Assembly (NCBI GenBank): GCA_964436825.1
Contig: CAYTEO010000003.1
Span: forward strand, 64,679-128,678
Origin: an uncultured Fibrobacteraceae bacterium
Lineage (GTDB): Bacteria; Krumholzibacteriota; Krumholzibacteriia; LZORAL124-64-63
Direction: 5' to 3'
DNA: 64,000 nucleotides
Shown: in pieces, positions 1-8,649 of the stretch
Layout: each line of letters begins with the position of its first letter
Numbering within the stretch: position 1 is the first letter of the stretch
Notes under the pieces: model-generated
The model's input: the letters and a program-made list of their open reading frames with translations, nothing else
Told to the model about the DNA's origin: nothing
Databases searched by the model: none
Made by a program: the position numbers and the translations under genes

Positions 1-952
1 GGACGCGGACGCCGCGCGGGCCCGTCCAGGCGGGGCTGGAGGAACCGAACAGGCCGATCGTCGGCGTGCCGCAGGCGGCGGCCACGTGCATCAGGCCGCT
101 GTCGTTGCCGACGAACAGCTCGGCGCTGCGGACCAGGGAGACGGCCTCGCGGAGGGACGTCGCCCCCACGAGATCGATCAGCACCGGCCGGTCCGTCCCC
201 GGCCCGTCGTGGACGTCGACCCCGGCGGCGGCCGCGATCCCCCTGGCCGTGGTCCGGGCCGTGGCGTCCCCCAGCAGGACGACCCGCCTGCCGCGCGCGA
301 CGGCGTCCGCGACCAGCTCCGCCGCCCTTGGTGCCGGCCAGCTCTTGGCGCTCCCGTACGTGGCCCCGACGCCGACGACCCACCAGGGCGGTCCGGACCG
401 CCAGGGGGGAGCGGGGTCCCACTGCTCGACGACCGGCAACCAGGGCGGTACGGCCGGTACGCGGCAGCCTGCCAGCCCGGACGCCTCCCGTTCCACCCAG
501 CGCCGCCAGAGCAGCTGCAGCTCCTCCAGGTAGTGCAGGTCGCCGCGAGGCGGTCGCGCCACCGGGTCGGTCAGCAGCCAGGCGCGCCCGTCCCCGCGGA
601 AACCGATCCGGCGGTCGGCACCGCCCAGGCGGGCCACCAGGGCCGCCCGCAGGGAGGGCGGCAGCAGGATCGCCGTCCCCACGTCCAGGCGGCGCCACGC
701 CGCCGCCTGCCGCAGCAGGCCGACCGTTCCGGCGTGCCGCCCCCCGCGGGCATACGCGACCGTGTCGACCAGGCGGGGATCACCGTCGAGCAGGGGACGC
801 CAGCGGCGGCGGACCGACAGGACCGGCCGCGGCAGGCCGGCCAGCTTCGAGGTGGCGGCCAGCAGGTCCAGCAGGGAGGTCGCCATGACCAGGTCGCCGA
901 GCCAGTTGGGGGCCGCCACCAGCAGCGGCGTCCGGGAGGGCGGGAGCGTCAT
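1..952 (-). CDS. waaF: Lipopolysaccharide heptosyltransferase II-like, glycosyltransferase family 9 (3' end runs off the window)
   Basis: Not in the ORF track because there is no stop in the window. Manual translation from ATG 952 gives MTLPPSRTPLLVAAPNWLGDLVMATSLL...RRIGFRGDGR...LFVGNDSGLMHVAAACGTPTIGLFG. PNWLGD and NDSG(L)MH are GT9/WaaF motifs. The ATG overlaps the upstream stop (ATGA). Confidence 0.8.
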   Translation of the reverse strand, partial: MTLPPSRTPLLVAAPNWLGDLVMATSLLDLLAATSKLAGLPRPVLSVRRRWRPLLDGDPRLVDTVAYARGGRHAGTVGLLRQAAAWRRLDVGTAILLPPSLRAALVARLGGADRRIGFRGDGRAWLLTDPVARPPRGDLHYLEELQLLWRRWVEREASGLAGCRVPAVPPWLPVVEQWDPAPPWRSGPPWWVVGVGATYGSAKSWPAPRAAELVADAVARGRRVVLLGDATARTTARGIAAAAGVDVHDGPGTDRPVLIDLVGATSLREAVSLVRSAELFVGNDSGLMHVAAACGTPTIGLFGSSSPAWTGPRGVRV

Positions 953-2028
953 GATCCGGCGCCGGCCCTGGCCCCCTCGACCGCCTCCATCAGGGTGTCG
1001 ATATCGACGCGGCGACCCGGCTTGATGCGGATGACCCGCGCGTTCGGCCGGTCGGCGGGAACCCAGTCGGCGCCCTCGTTCTCCAGGAAGAGACCGACGC
1101 TCGGCACCCCCATGGCCGTCGCGAAGTGGAACAGGTCCGTGTTGCCGGCCACGACCAGGTCGCACTGCGATGCCAGCAGGACGACGTCGAACAGGGTCTC
1201 GCGGGGCAGCGCCAGGGGCGCGGTCGTCAGCCCCGACTCGAACTCCGCCAGCCGCTCGGGCGCCGCCGTCAGGGACAGGGCCAGGATCCGGCACGGCAGC
1301 TGGCTGGAGAGCTGGTTGACGACGAAGTGCAGGTTCTGGACGGTCAGCCCGTGCCCGCTCTTGGCCAGGGCGGGATCGACGGCGATCAGCAGCTCGTCCC
1401 GGCGGGGCTTGTTGAAGTGGACCAGCTGGCGCATGCGACGCACCCTCTCCTCCGGCAGCGGCCACTCCCGCAGCCCGCGCAGGGAGGGCAGGTCCAGGAA
1501 AGGGGTCGCCGCCTCGAGGCGATCCCCGCGGTAGCGCCGCTGGTCCCGTGGCGGCCGGATCTCGAAGTTGACCGCCGGGTAGGAGCCGGGATGGGAGGGC
1601 CCCAGGCGCAGGGGAGCCCCGCTGGCCAGGGAGACGGCCTCCAGGCTGCCCTGGTGGCCGAAGGACATCAGGATGCTCGTCTGGTAGCCGCTGCGCCGGA
1701 CCTGCTTGAGCAGGGCGAAGAAGGCCGGGCTCCAGGGCCGCAGTTGCCGGGGACCGTAGACCATGACCCTGCGGGCGAAACCGCTGGGCACGACCAGGGA
1801 CGAGAGCGCCTCGGGGACCAGGACGTCGATGTGGGTGGCCGGATAGCGCTGCCGGATGGCCCGCAGCAGCGGCACGTGGAACAGCAGGTCGGTCAGGTCG
1901 TCGTCCGCGATGGCCAGCACCGACGCCCCGGCCCGGAACACGCCCGGCACGGTGAACGGCGGCGTCTCGCCCCTGCCCACCAGGCGCCCCACCAGTCCCG
2001 CCAGCAGATCCTTCCCCGCCACGGTCAC
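949..2028 (-). CDS. Divergent glycosyltransferase family 9 protein
   Basis: C-terminal 359 aa of track ORF 949..3483. GTG 2028 overlaps the lon stop (GTGA). GT9-like layout (DLLFHVPLLRAIRQRYP...LRLG...CDLVVAGNTDLFHFATAMGVPSVGLF) with degenerate motifs. Confidence 0.7.
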   Translation of the reverse strand: MTVAGKDLLAGLVGRLVGRGETPPFTVPGVFRAGASVLAIADDDLTDLLFHVPLLRAIRQRYPATHIDVLVPEALSSLVVPSGFARRVMVYGPRQLRPWSPAFFALLKQVRRSGYQTSILMSFGHQGSLEAVSLASGAPLRLGPSHPGSYPAVNFEIRPPRDQRRYRGDRLEAATPFLDLPSLRGLREWPLPEERVRRMRQLVHFNKPRRDELLIAVDPALAKSGHGLTVQNLHFVVNQLSSQLPCRILALSLTAAPERLAEFESGLTTAPLALPRETLFDVVLLASQCDLVVAGNTDLFHFATAMGVPSVGLFLENEGADWVPADRPNARVIRIKPGRRVDIDTLMEAVEGARAGAGS

Positions 2029-4439
2029 CCCTTCCCGCCTTCGCGGCCGGAGAGCCGCGCATACTGCTCGGGCAGGACCGCCTGCCAGACTTCCTCGACG
2101 TGCTCGACGCAGATGAACTCGACGGCCTGGCGCACCTCGTCGGGGATCTCCTCCAGGTCCGCGCTGTTGGCCGCCGGCAGCAGGAGGCGCCGGATCCCCG
2201 CCCGGTGCGCCGCCAGGGACTTCTCCAGCAGTCCGCCGACCGGCAGCACCTCGCCGGTCAGGGTGATCTCGCCGGTCATCGCCGTGCGGCGGTCCACCGG
2301 CTTGCCGACCAGCAGGGAGAACAGGACCGTCGCCATGGCGATCCCGGCGCTGGGCCCGTCCTTGGGGACCGCCCCCGCCGGCACGTGGATGTGGACATCG
2401 CGGGCGGTGAAGAACGTCGCCAGCTCCTGGCGGTGGCCGAACCGTGCCCGCAGGTAGGAGTGGGCCGCCTGGGCCGACTCCTGCATCACCTGTCCCAGCT
2501 GGCCCGTCAGGCGCATCTGGCCGTTGCCGCCGGGCAGGACGACTCCCTCCAGGTAGAGGATCTTGCCGCCGACGGGGGTCCAGGCCAGCCCCGTCACGAC
2601 GCCGACCTTCGTCTTGCGGCGCAGCTGGTCGACGGCGTAGGGCGGGTTGCCCAGGAACTCGTCCAGGTTGCGGCTGGTGACACTGAAGCGGCGGTTGCGC
2701 CGGACGGCGACCTTGCGCGCCACCTTGCGGCAGACGCCGCCGATCTTGCGTTCCAGCTCCCGGACCCCGGCCTCGCGCGTGTAGCCGGCGATCAGGTACC
2801 GCAGGCCGGCCTCGCTGAAGCGCAGGTTGCGGGAGGTCAGGCCGTTCTCCTCGATCTGCCGCGGGACGAGGTAGCGCTTGGCGATCTCCAGCTTCTCCAG
2901 GTTCGTGTAGCCAGGCAGCTGGATGACCTCCATGCGGTCGAGCAGGGGCCGCGGGATGGTGTCCAGCATGTTCGCCGTGGTGATGAACAGGACCCGCGAG
3001 AGATCGAACGGCAGGGAGATGTAGTGGTCGGTGAAGGAGTTGTTCTGCTCGGGGTCGAGGACCTCCAGCAGGGCGCTGGCGGGGTCGCCGCGGAAGTCCT
3101 GGCCCAGCTTGTCGATCTCGTCGAGCATGATCAGCGGGTTGTTCGTCCCGCACTGGCGCAGCCCGGCGATGATCCGCCCCGGCATGGCCCCCACGTAGGT
3201 GCGCCGGTGGCCCCGGATCTCGGCCTCGTCGCGCATCCCGCCCAGGGAGAAGCGGAAGAACTCCCTGCCGACCGCCTCGGCGATGCTGCGCCCCAGGGAG
3301 GTCTTGCCCACCCCCGGCGGGCCCACCAGGCAGATGATCGGCCCGCGGTGGTCCCGTTTCAGCTTGCGGACGGCCAGGAACTCCAGGATCCGCTCCTTGA
3401 CGTCCTCCAGGCCGTAGTGGTCGCGGTCCAGGATCCGCTGGGCGCGGCGCAGGTCGAGCTTGTCCTTGGAGGAGACGAGCCACGGCAGCTCCAGCAGCCA
3501 GTCCACGTAGGTCTTGCTGACGGTGTACTCGCTGGCCCCGGGAGACATGCGTGCCAGACGGTCCACCTCCCGCTCGGCGACCTCGCGGACCGCGTCGGGC
3601 AGGGCGGCGTCGCGGATCCGCTCGCGCAGCTCCTCGATCTCGAGGCTCGTGTCCTCGGTGTCCCCCAGCTCGCGCCGGATGGCCTTCAGCTGCTGGCGGA
3701 GGTAGTACTCGCGCTGGTCCTTGTCGATGGACTGGCGAACGGTCGACTGGAGCTTCTGCCCCAGCTCGACGACCTCCAGCTCCCGCATGACGATCCTGGC
3801 CAGCAGCTGCAGCCGGGCGGAAGGATCGACGGTCTCGAGGATCTGCTGCTTCTCGTCGACGGAGATGTCCAGGTTCGTGGCGATGAGGTCGGCCAGCCGC
3901 CCCGGATCGTCGATGTTCATCACGACGATCTTCAGCTCGTCGGAGAGGTTCTCGCTGGCATCGACGATCTTCAGGAAGTTGTTGGCGACCCCGCGCATGT
4001 AGGCCAGGGTGCGCGAGTCCCGTCGCGTCTGCTCGTAGAGCGGGGCGACCCGCGCCTTCAGGTACGGCTCGGTGGCGATGAACTCCTCGATGCGGATCCG
4101 GGCGACCCCCTGCCCCAGCAGACGCATGCTCCCGTCGGGGAACCGCAGCATCTTCTGGATGCGCACGGCGGTCCCGACACGGTAGAGGGAGGCCGTCTCC
4201 CCCTCCCCCTCCCCGCCCCCGGCGTTGTCCTCGTCCTGGCGCTGGGAGACGGTCCCGAGCATCTTGTCCCCCGTCAGGCAGTCGTCGGCCAGGCGGATGA
4301 GGTTCTCGTCGCTCAGCACCAGCGGCACCATCATGTAGGGGAAGACGACGGCCTCACTGATGGGCAGGATCGGCAGCACCGAGGGGACGGGAATGATCTC
4401 CCCGCCGCGGGCCGCTTTCTCGTTGCCGTTGTGATTCAT
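2025..4439 (-). CDS. lon: ATP-dependent protease La (Lon), 804 aa
   Basis: N-terminal LON domain, Walker A GPPGVGKTS, Walker B IMLDEIDK, catalytic Ser in PKDGPSAG and Lys in GGLLEK. Confidence 0.98.
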   Translation of the reverse strand: MNHNGNEKAARGGEIIPVPSVLPILPISEAVVFPYMMVPLVLSDENLIRLADDCLTGDKMLGTVSQRQDEDNAGGGEGEGETASLYRVGTAVRIQKMLRFPDGSMRLLGQGVARIRIEEFIATEPYLKARVAPLYEQTRRDSRTLAYMRGVANNFLKIVDASENLSDELKIVVMNIDDPGRLADLIATNLDISVDEKQQILETVDPSARLQLLARIVMRELEVVELGQKLQSTVRQSIDKDQREYYLRQQLKAIRRELGDTEDTSLEIEELRERIRDAALPDAVREVAEREVDRLARMSPGASEYTVSKTYVDWLLELPWLVSSKDKLDLRRAQRILDRDHYGLEDVKERILEFLAVRKLKRDHRGPIICLVGPPGVGKTSLGRSIAEAVGREFFRFSLGGMRDEAEIRGHRRTYVGAMPGRIIAGLRQCGTNNPLIMLDEIDKLGQDFRGDPASALLEVLDPEQNNSFTDHYISLPFDLSRVLFITTANMLDTIPRPLLDRMEVIQLPGYTNLEKLEIAKRYLVPRQIEENGLTSRNLRFSEAGLRYLIAGYTREAGVRELERKIGGVCRKVARKVAVRRNRRFSVTSRNLDEFLGNPPYAVDQLRRKTKVGVVTGLAWTPVGGKILYLEGVVLPGGNGQMRLTGQLGQVMQESAQAAHSYLRARFGHRQELATFFTARDVHIHVPAGAVPKDGPSAGIAMATVLFSLLVGKPVDRRTAMTGEITLTGEVLPVGGLLEKSLAAHRAGIRRLLLPAANSADLEEIPDEVRQAVEFICVEHVEEVWQAVLPEQYARLSGREGGKG

Positions 4440-4495
4440 GCCTGGGTGCTCCTCTCCCCCTTCACCGCTGACGGGGGTCGCGGTCCTCCCTGTGC

Positions 4496-4939
4496 TCAGG
4501 GCTCGACGTCGATCCGGCGCCGGTCACCCGTTCCCCGCCGTCCCCTGGGCAGGATGACGTAGAGGAAACCTGCCTGGTAGCGGGCGATGGCCCGCCCGGG
4601 AACGACGTCGTCCGGCAGGGCGATCCGCCGGCAGAACGGGCCCACGTTGATCTCCATCTTGTGGTAGTGCTTCTTGCCCTGGGGTGCGATATCCTGCCGG
4701 ACGCCGCGGATCGTCAGGACCTGCCCGTCGGTGACGACCTCGATGGCGCCGGGATCCATCCCGGCCAGCTCCATCTGGACGACGAAGCTGTCCTCGGTCT
4801 CGTAGGCGTCGGTGGCCGGTCGCCAGGTCATGTCGTCGTCCACCGGGAAGGCCACGCGACCCCGCACGTGGACGAGGATCTCGTAGAGATCCGTCACCCC
4901 CTCGGGCGTGCCGCCTCGCCACCGCTGGTACCGGGACAT
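4496..4939 (-). CDS. Hsp20/alpha-crystallin small heat-shock protein
   Basis: WRPATDAYETEDSFVVQMELAGMD...G.F.RRIALP...ARYQAGFLYVILP. Start moved to ATG 4939 (SD GAGGAGG upstream) because the track start at 4972 lies only 3 nt past the predicted -10. Confidence 0.92.
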   Translation of the reverse strand: MSRYQRWRGGTPEGVTDLYEILVHVRGRVAFPVDDDMTWRPATDAYETEDSFVVQMELAGMDPGAIEVVTDGQVLTIRGVRQDIAPQGKKHYHKMEINVGPFCRRIALPDDVVPGRAIARYQAGFLYVILPRGRRGTGDRRRIDVEP

Positions 4940-4975
4940 GCCATCAACCTCCTCGCGCCGTCGTCTCGCCATTGC

Positions 4976-5004
4976 ATGCTATCGCCCGACCCAGGCAGCG
5001 TCAA
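4976..5004 (-). promoter_or_regulatory. sigma70-type promoter for hsp20-lon operon
   Basis: Minus strand TTGACG-N17-TAGCAT. The -35 contains the pfkB stop codon. Confidence 0.6.
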
Positions 5005-5948
5005 CCTCGCTCCCCCGCCGGCGGCAGCCAGGCGGGTCGTTCCGGCCGGATCCTTCCCCTGGCGAGCAGCTGCAGGGCGGTTTGCCGGTCGGGCAGGCCG
5101 GCGCGCCCGCCGTAGGCGCCGCACTTCAGGCCCGCGACGGCGGCGGCGAAGCGCAGCGCCTCCTCCGGCTCCCAGCCCTCGGCACGCGCCACGGCGTAAC
5201 CGCCGTGGAAGGCGTCTCCCGCGCCGGTGGTGTCGACGACCGGGACGGCGAAGGCCGGGACGTGACGCGGCGCATCCGGTCGCCACAGGACGGCGCCGGC
5301 CTCGCCGCAGGTCATCGCGACGACCTCCGGTCCCAGGGCCCGGAGCTCCCGCAGCGCCTGCAGCGGTTCCCGGAGGCCTGTCAGCTCGGTGGCGAACGTC
5401 TCGCTGGCGACGACATCGCTGCAGCTGGCCGCCAGCTCGCCGGTGCCGGGACGGGCCGTGCCGGCATCCATCACGGCGGGGATCCCCCGGCGCCTCGCCG
5501 CGGCGGCCAGCAGGGCGGCCGCCGCCGTCTCGTGGCCGTCGCAGAGCAGCAGGTCGACACCGTCCAGCCATGCCGGGTCGACCTCTTCCGGCCGCAGCGG
5601 GGGGAGGTTGCCGCGCTGCCAGAGGATGCGCCGGCGTCCCTGCCGGGGATCGACGAGGATGACCGCCTGGGGGGTCTCCGCGCCCCGGCGCTCCGGTGCC
5701 AGGGAGAGATCGATCCCCTCCCGTGCCAGCTCCTCCCGCTGGCGCCGGCCGGGGAGATCGTCGGCCAGGGGGGTCACCAGGACGACCTCGGCCCCCAGCC
5801 TGGCGGCCGCCACGGCAGCGGTGGCCGCCGGGCCGCCACCCTGCTGGCGGATCGACGGCACCTCCAGCTTGCGGTCGGGAGCCGGAAAACGCTCCGTCAC
5901 CACGGTGACGTCCCAGGCGTTGTAGCCGACGACGAGGATCCTCGCCAC
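5001..5948 (-). CDS. PfkB-family carbohydrate kinase (YihV/sulfofructose-kinase-like)
   Basis: GGPAATAAVAAARLG and VVDTTGAGDAFHG signatures. Confidence 0.9.
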   Translation of the reverse strand: MARILVVGYNAWDVTVVTERFPAPDRKLEVPSIRQQGGGPAATAAVAAARLGAEVVLVTPLADDLPGRRQREELAREGIDLSLAPERRGAETPQAVILVDPRQGRRRILWQRGNLPPLRPEEVDPAWLDGVDLLLCDGHETAAAALLAAAARRRGIPAVMDAGTARPGTGELAASCSDVVASETFATELTGLREPLQALRELRALGPEVVAMTCGEAGAVLWRPDAPRHVPAFAVPVVDTTGAGDAFHGGYAVARAEGWEPEEALRFAAAVAGLKCGAYGGRAGLPDRQTALQLLARGRIRPERPAWLPPAGERG

Positions 5949-5965
5949 GCGTTCCTCCCCCGTGG

Positions 5966-5994
5966 TTGCGCCTCCGGCCGGGATCCGCTACAGT
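5966..5994 (+). promoter_or_regulatory. sigma70-type promoter for HIT gene
   Basis: TTGCGC-N17-TACAGT, 32 nt upstream of ATG 6027. Confidence 0.5.
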
Positions 5995-6026
5995 GGCACG
6001 TCGACATCCGGCCAAGGGAGTGTGAG

Positions 6027-6371
6027 ATGAGCGATTGTCTCTTCTGCCGCATCGCCTCGGGGGCCCTGCCGTGCGACAGGGTGACCGAGACGGACGACTT
6101 CATCGCCTTCCGCGACATCAACCCCCAGGCGCCGGTCCACGTGCTGATCATCCCCCGGCGACACGTGTCGTCGGCGGACGAGCTGCAGCCCGGGGACCGC
6201 GACCTCGTGGGCGAACTGCTGCTCCTGGGAACGCGCCTTGCACGGGAGCTGGGCATCGCCGGGACCGGCTACCGCCTCGTGCTGAACTGCGGCGAGGACG
6301 GTGGCCAGTCGGTCGGCCACCTCCATCTGCACCTGCTGGGCGGCAGGAAGCTGGGCTGGCCGCCCGGCTGA
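6027..6371 (+). CDS. hinT: Histidine triad nucleotide-binding protein (HinT-like)
   Basis: MSDCLFCRI...AFRDINPQAPVHVLIIP...GQSVGHLHLHLLGGR (HxHxH triad). C-terminal part of track ORF 4908..6371. Confidence 0.95.
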   Translation: MSDCLFCRIASGALPCDRVTETDDFIAFRDINPQAPVHVLIIPRRHVSSADELQPGDRDLVGELLLLGTRLARELGIAGTGYRLVLNCGEDGGQSVGHLHLHLLGGRKLGWPPG

Positions 6372-6384
6372 ACCGGCGGCCAGC

Positions 6385-6915
6385 CTACTTCAGCTTGTAG
6401 ACTCCCCGTCCGGCCCGCACGATGCGCTGGCTCGTGGACAGGGTCCTGCGCAGGACGTTCTCGAAGTTCTTGCTCTTGCTCTTGAAGAGCTTCCCTTCCT
6501 GGATGGCGTGGAGGATCTCCTTGACGGACATCTTGCCGCCGTGGCTGGTGATCAGCCCGGCGATGACGTCCTCGAGGGTCTGCTTCGCCTTCGCCGGGGC
6601 GGCCTTGCCGCGCGCGCCCTTGCGCGTGACCTTCTTGGCCGCCTTCGCGGCGGCCTTCTTCTCGCTCGCCCTGGCGGCCGTCTTCGCTTTCCGCTTCCCG
6701 GCAGCCGGGGTGCCGGCCTTCTTCCCGCGCACGGCGCGCTTCCGGACGACGGTTCCCTGCTGGAGACTCGCCAGCTCCTTCTCGACCCGTGCCAGCTCCT
6801 TCTGCAGCTCTGCACGCCGCTTCTCCAGCTCGCCCATCTGCTGCTTGACATCCATCAGCTTCCGCAGGTCCTCCAGGGAGAGTTCCCTCGCGAGCTTCAG
6901 AAAATCCCTTGCCAC
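6385..6915 (-). CDS. Hypothetical basic protein: N-terminal coiled coil, Lys/Ala-rich linker, C-terminal winged-helix-like domain (putative nucleoid-associated protein)
   Basis: 176 aa with strong SD (GAGGAGG) and its own promoter. The domain call comes from sequence pattern only. Confidence 0.75.
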   Translation of the reverse strand: MARDFLKLARELSLEDLRKLMDVKQQMGELEKRRAELQKELARVEKELASLQQGTVVRKRAVRGKKAGTPAAGKRKAKTAARASEKKAAAKAAKKVTRKGARGKAAPAKAKQTLEDVIAGLITSHGGKMSVKEILHAIQEGKLFKSKSKNFENVLRRTLSTSQRIVRAGRGVYKLK

Positions 6916-6957
6916 TTTAGCCTCCTCTGCCGGGGTCCCACGATCAATATTACTTGC

Positions 6958-6986
6958 AACCTAGAAGCGCCCACCGGGGATGTCAA
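6958..6986 (-). promoter_or_regulatory. Strong sigma70-type promoter for the basic protein gene
   Basis: Minus strand TTGACA-N17-TAGGTT in a locally AT-rich intergenic region. Confidence 0.7.
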
Positions 6987-7010
6987 CAATGATATAAAGC
7001 GGATCCGGTA

Positions 7011-8600
7011 TCAATGGACGGCATCGACCCGCCACGAGACCACGTTCTGGTACGGCGAGAGGATGTGGGGGCGGACGTCGCGCAGCCGCCGGTTGTAGGC
7101 CACGATGATGTCCGGGTAATAGAGAAAGGCCATCGGTTCGTCGTAGGCGATCCAGCGCTGCCACCGCTGCCAGAGACGGCGGGCCCGTGCCCTGTCGCGG
7201 CACGCCAGGGCGGCGGCCAGCAGCGAGTCGGCGCGGCTGCTGGCGTAATGTCCGTAGTTGAACTTGTCCCTCCCCGCCGCCGAGAGGAGGGGCGAGGGAT
7301 CGACCGTCAGGCGCGACGAGAAGACGCCGAGGTAGGCGTCGAACTCGCCCCGCCTGAGCAGGGCCACGGCGCTGGAGAGTTCCATGACCCTGGTCCGGAC
7401 GTCGACACCGATCGCGGCCAGGTTGTCCCTGATGACGACGGCGCCGTTCTCGCGCACCGGATCCCCTTTGCGGGTCAACAGGGTGAAGCGGAAGGGCCGG
7501 CCCTCCCGGTCCCGGATCCCGTCGCCGTCCGTGTCGCGCCAGCCTGCCTCGTCCAGCAGCCGGGCGGCGAGTTCGGGATCGTAGGGGTCGGGCGGCAGCG
7601 AGTCGTCGTGGGCCCACAGCGCCGGCGGCAGGGGACTGGCCGCCGGCCTGGCGTAGCCGTGCAGCAGGCCGCTGACGAAAGCCTCGCGGTCGATGGCACA
7701 GGAGAGGGCGCGCCGGACGCGGCGGTCGCTGAACAACGGCCGTTCCAGGTTCCAGTAGATCTGTCCGGTCAACCGTCCGGGCATGCGCTCGACACGCAGA
7801 TCGGCCCGCTTCTCCAGGCGGGAGACCAGGTGGGGCGGCACATCGGCGAGGAAATCCACCTCCCCCGTCTCCAGGGCGACGACCCGGGCCGTCACGTCGG
7901 GGATGATGCGGAAGACGAGCCGGCGCAGCCGCGAGCGTCGACCGGGATAGCGTTCGTTGCGCACCAGCACGAGGCGCCTGTCGTGGTCCCACTCCTCGAG
8001 CACGTAGGGCCCCGACGACAGCGGTGCGACGTTCAAGGGCCAGCGGGCCACGTCCGCCGGGTCGAGGCCGTCGACGACGTGAGCCGGCAGGATGAAGTGC
8101 CCCAGCGTCGGCACCAGGTCGGGCCGCGCCTCCCGGAAGCGGTAGACGACGGTCACCGGATCGAGAGCGGTCACCGTGTCGATGTTGGCGATGCGGCCGC
8201 CCGCCCGCGGGCTGGCGATGACGGGATCCTTGTAGAGCTCGACGGACCGCACGACGTCCCGCGAGGTCAACGGCCGTCCGTCGGACCAGGACCACGGCCG
8301 CAGGCGGACCGTCACCTCCAGGCTGTCGGGCGAGAAGATCAGGGTGTCGGCGATGTGGGGATGGTAGGTCAGGTCCTCCCCCATCTCCACCAGCCCCTCC
8401 ATGAGCAGCACCAGGATCTGTCCGGCGTAGGACGAGGTGTAGAGCAGGGGATTGAGGTTGTCGGGCTCGGCCGGGAAGGCGATGACGGCCGTGTCGTCAC
8501 GACCGGTCCGCTCGACCGCGCCCTCGTCGCGCCCGCAGCCGCCGGCGGCGATCAGCAGCAGGGCGACCAGCAACGGCAACAGGTGGCGCTTGTCGCCCAT
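7011..8600 (-). CDS. ABC transporter substrate-binding lipoprotein, family 5 (oligopeptide/dipeptide/nickel)
   Basis: Lipobox LLLIAAGGC; EPDNLNPL; WSDGRPLTSRDVV; P.SSGPY.LEEW; VRRALSCAIDREA. No permease or ATPase genes adjacent. Confidence 0.93.
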   Translation of the reverse strand: MGDKRHLLPLLVALLLIAAGGCGRDEGAVERTGRDDTAVIAFPAEPDNLNPLLYTSSYAGQILVLLMEGLVEMGEDLTYHPHIADTLIFSPDSLEVTVRLRPWSWSDGRPLTSRDVVRSVELYKDPVIASPRAGGRIANIDTVTALDPVTVVYRFREARPDLVPTLGHFILPAHVVDGLDPADVARWPLNVAPLSSGPYVLEEWDHDRRLVLVRNERYPGRRSRLRRLVFRIIPDVTARVVALETGEVDFLADVPPHLVSRLEKRADLRVERMPGRLTGQIYWNLERPLFSDRRVRRALSCAIDREAFVSGLLHGYARPAASPLPPALWAHDDSLPPDPYDPELAARLLDEAGWRDTDGDGIRDREGRPFRFTLLTRKGDPVRENGAVVIRDNLAAIGVDVRTRVMELSSAVALLRRGEFDAYLGVFSSRLTVDPSPLLSAAGRDKFNYGHYASSRADSLLAAALACRDRARARRLWQRWQRWIAYDEPMAFLYYPDIIVAYNRRLRDVRPHILSPYQNVVSWRVDAVH

Positions 8601-8616
8601 GATCCTCCTCGGCGGC

Positions 8617-8642
8617 GGGGCAGGGCGACGACGCCCTGCCCC
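8617..8642. other. Perfect 11-bp GC stem-loop between protease and SBP genes
   Basis: GGGGCAGGGCG-ACGA-CGCCCTGCCCC with no U-tract. The SBP SD (GAGGAGG) follows 6 nt later on the minus strand. Confidence 0.65.
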
Positions 8643-8649
8643 GTGGAGC

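Noticed and set aside
2185-2345. Lon GGLLEK instead of GGLKEK as a possible inactive protease
   Set aside because: Counting from the catalytic Ser, the catalytic Lys is the second position (EK), which is retained.
949-3483. Apparent 844-aa fusion ORF
   Set aside because: Its N-terminal part is an alternative frame of lon; the real gene starts at GTG 2028. The same artefact inflates track ORFs 22069..24387, 23199..25130, 28231..29880, 28992..30614 and 53492..56176.
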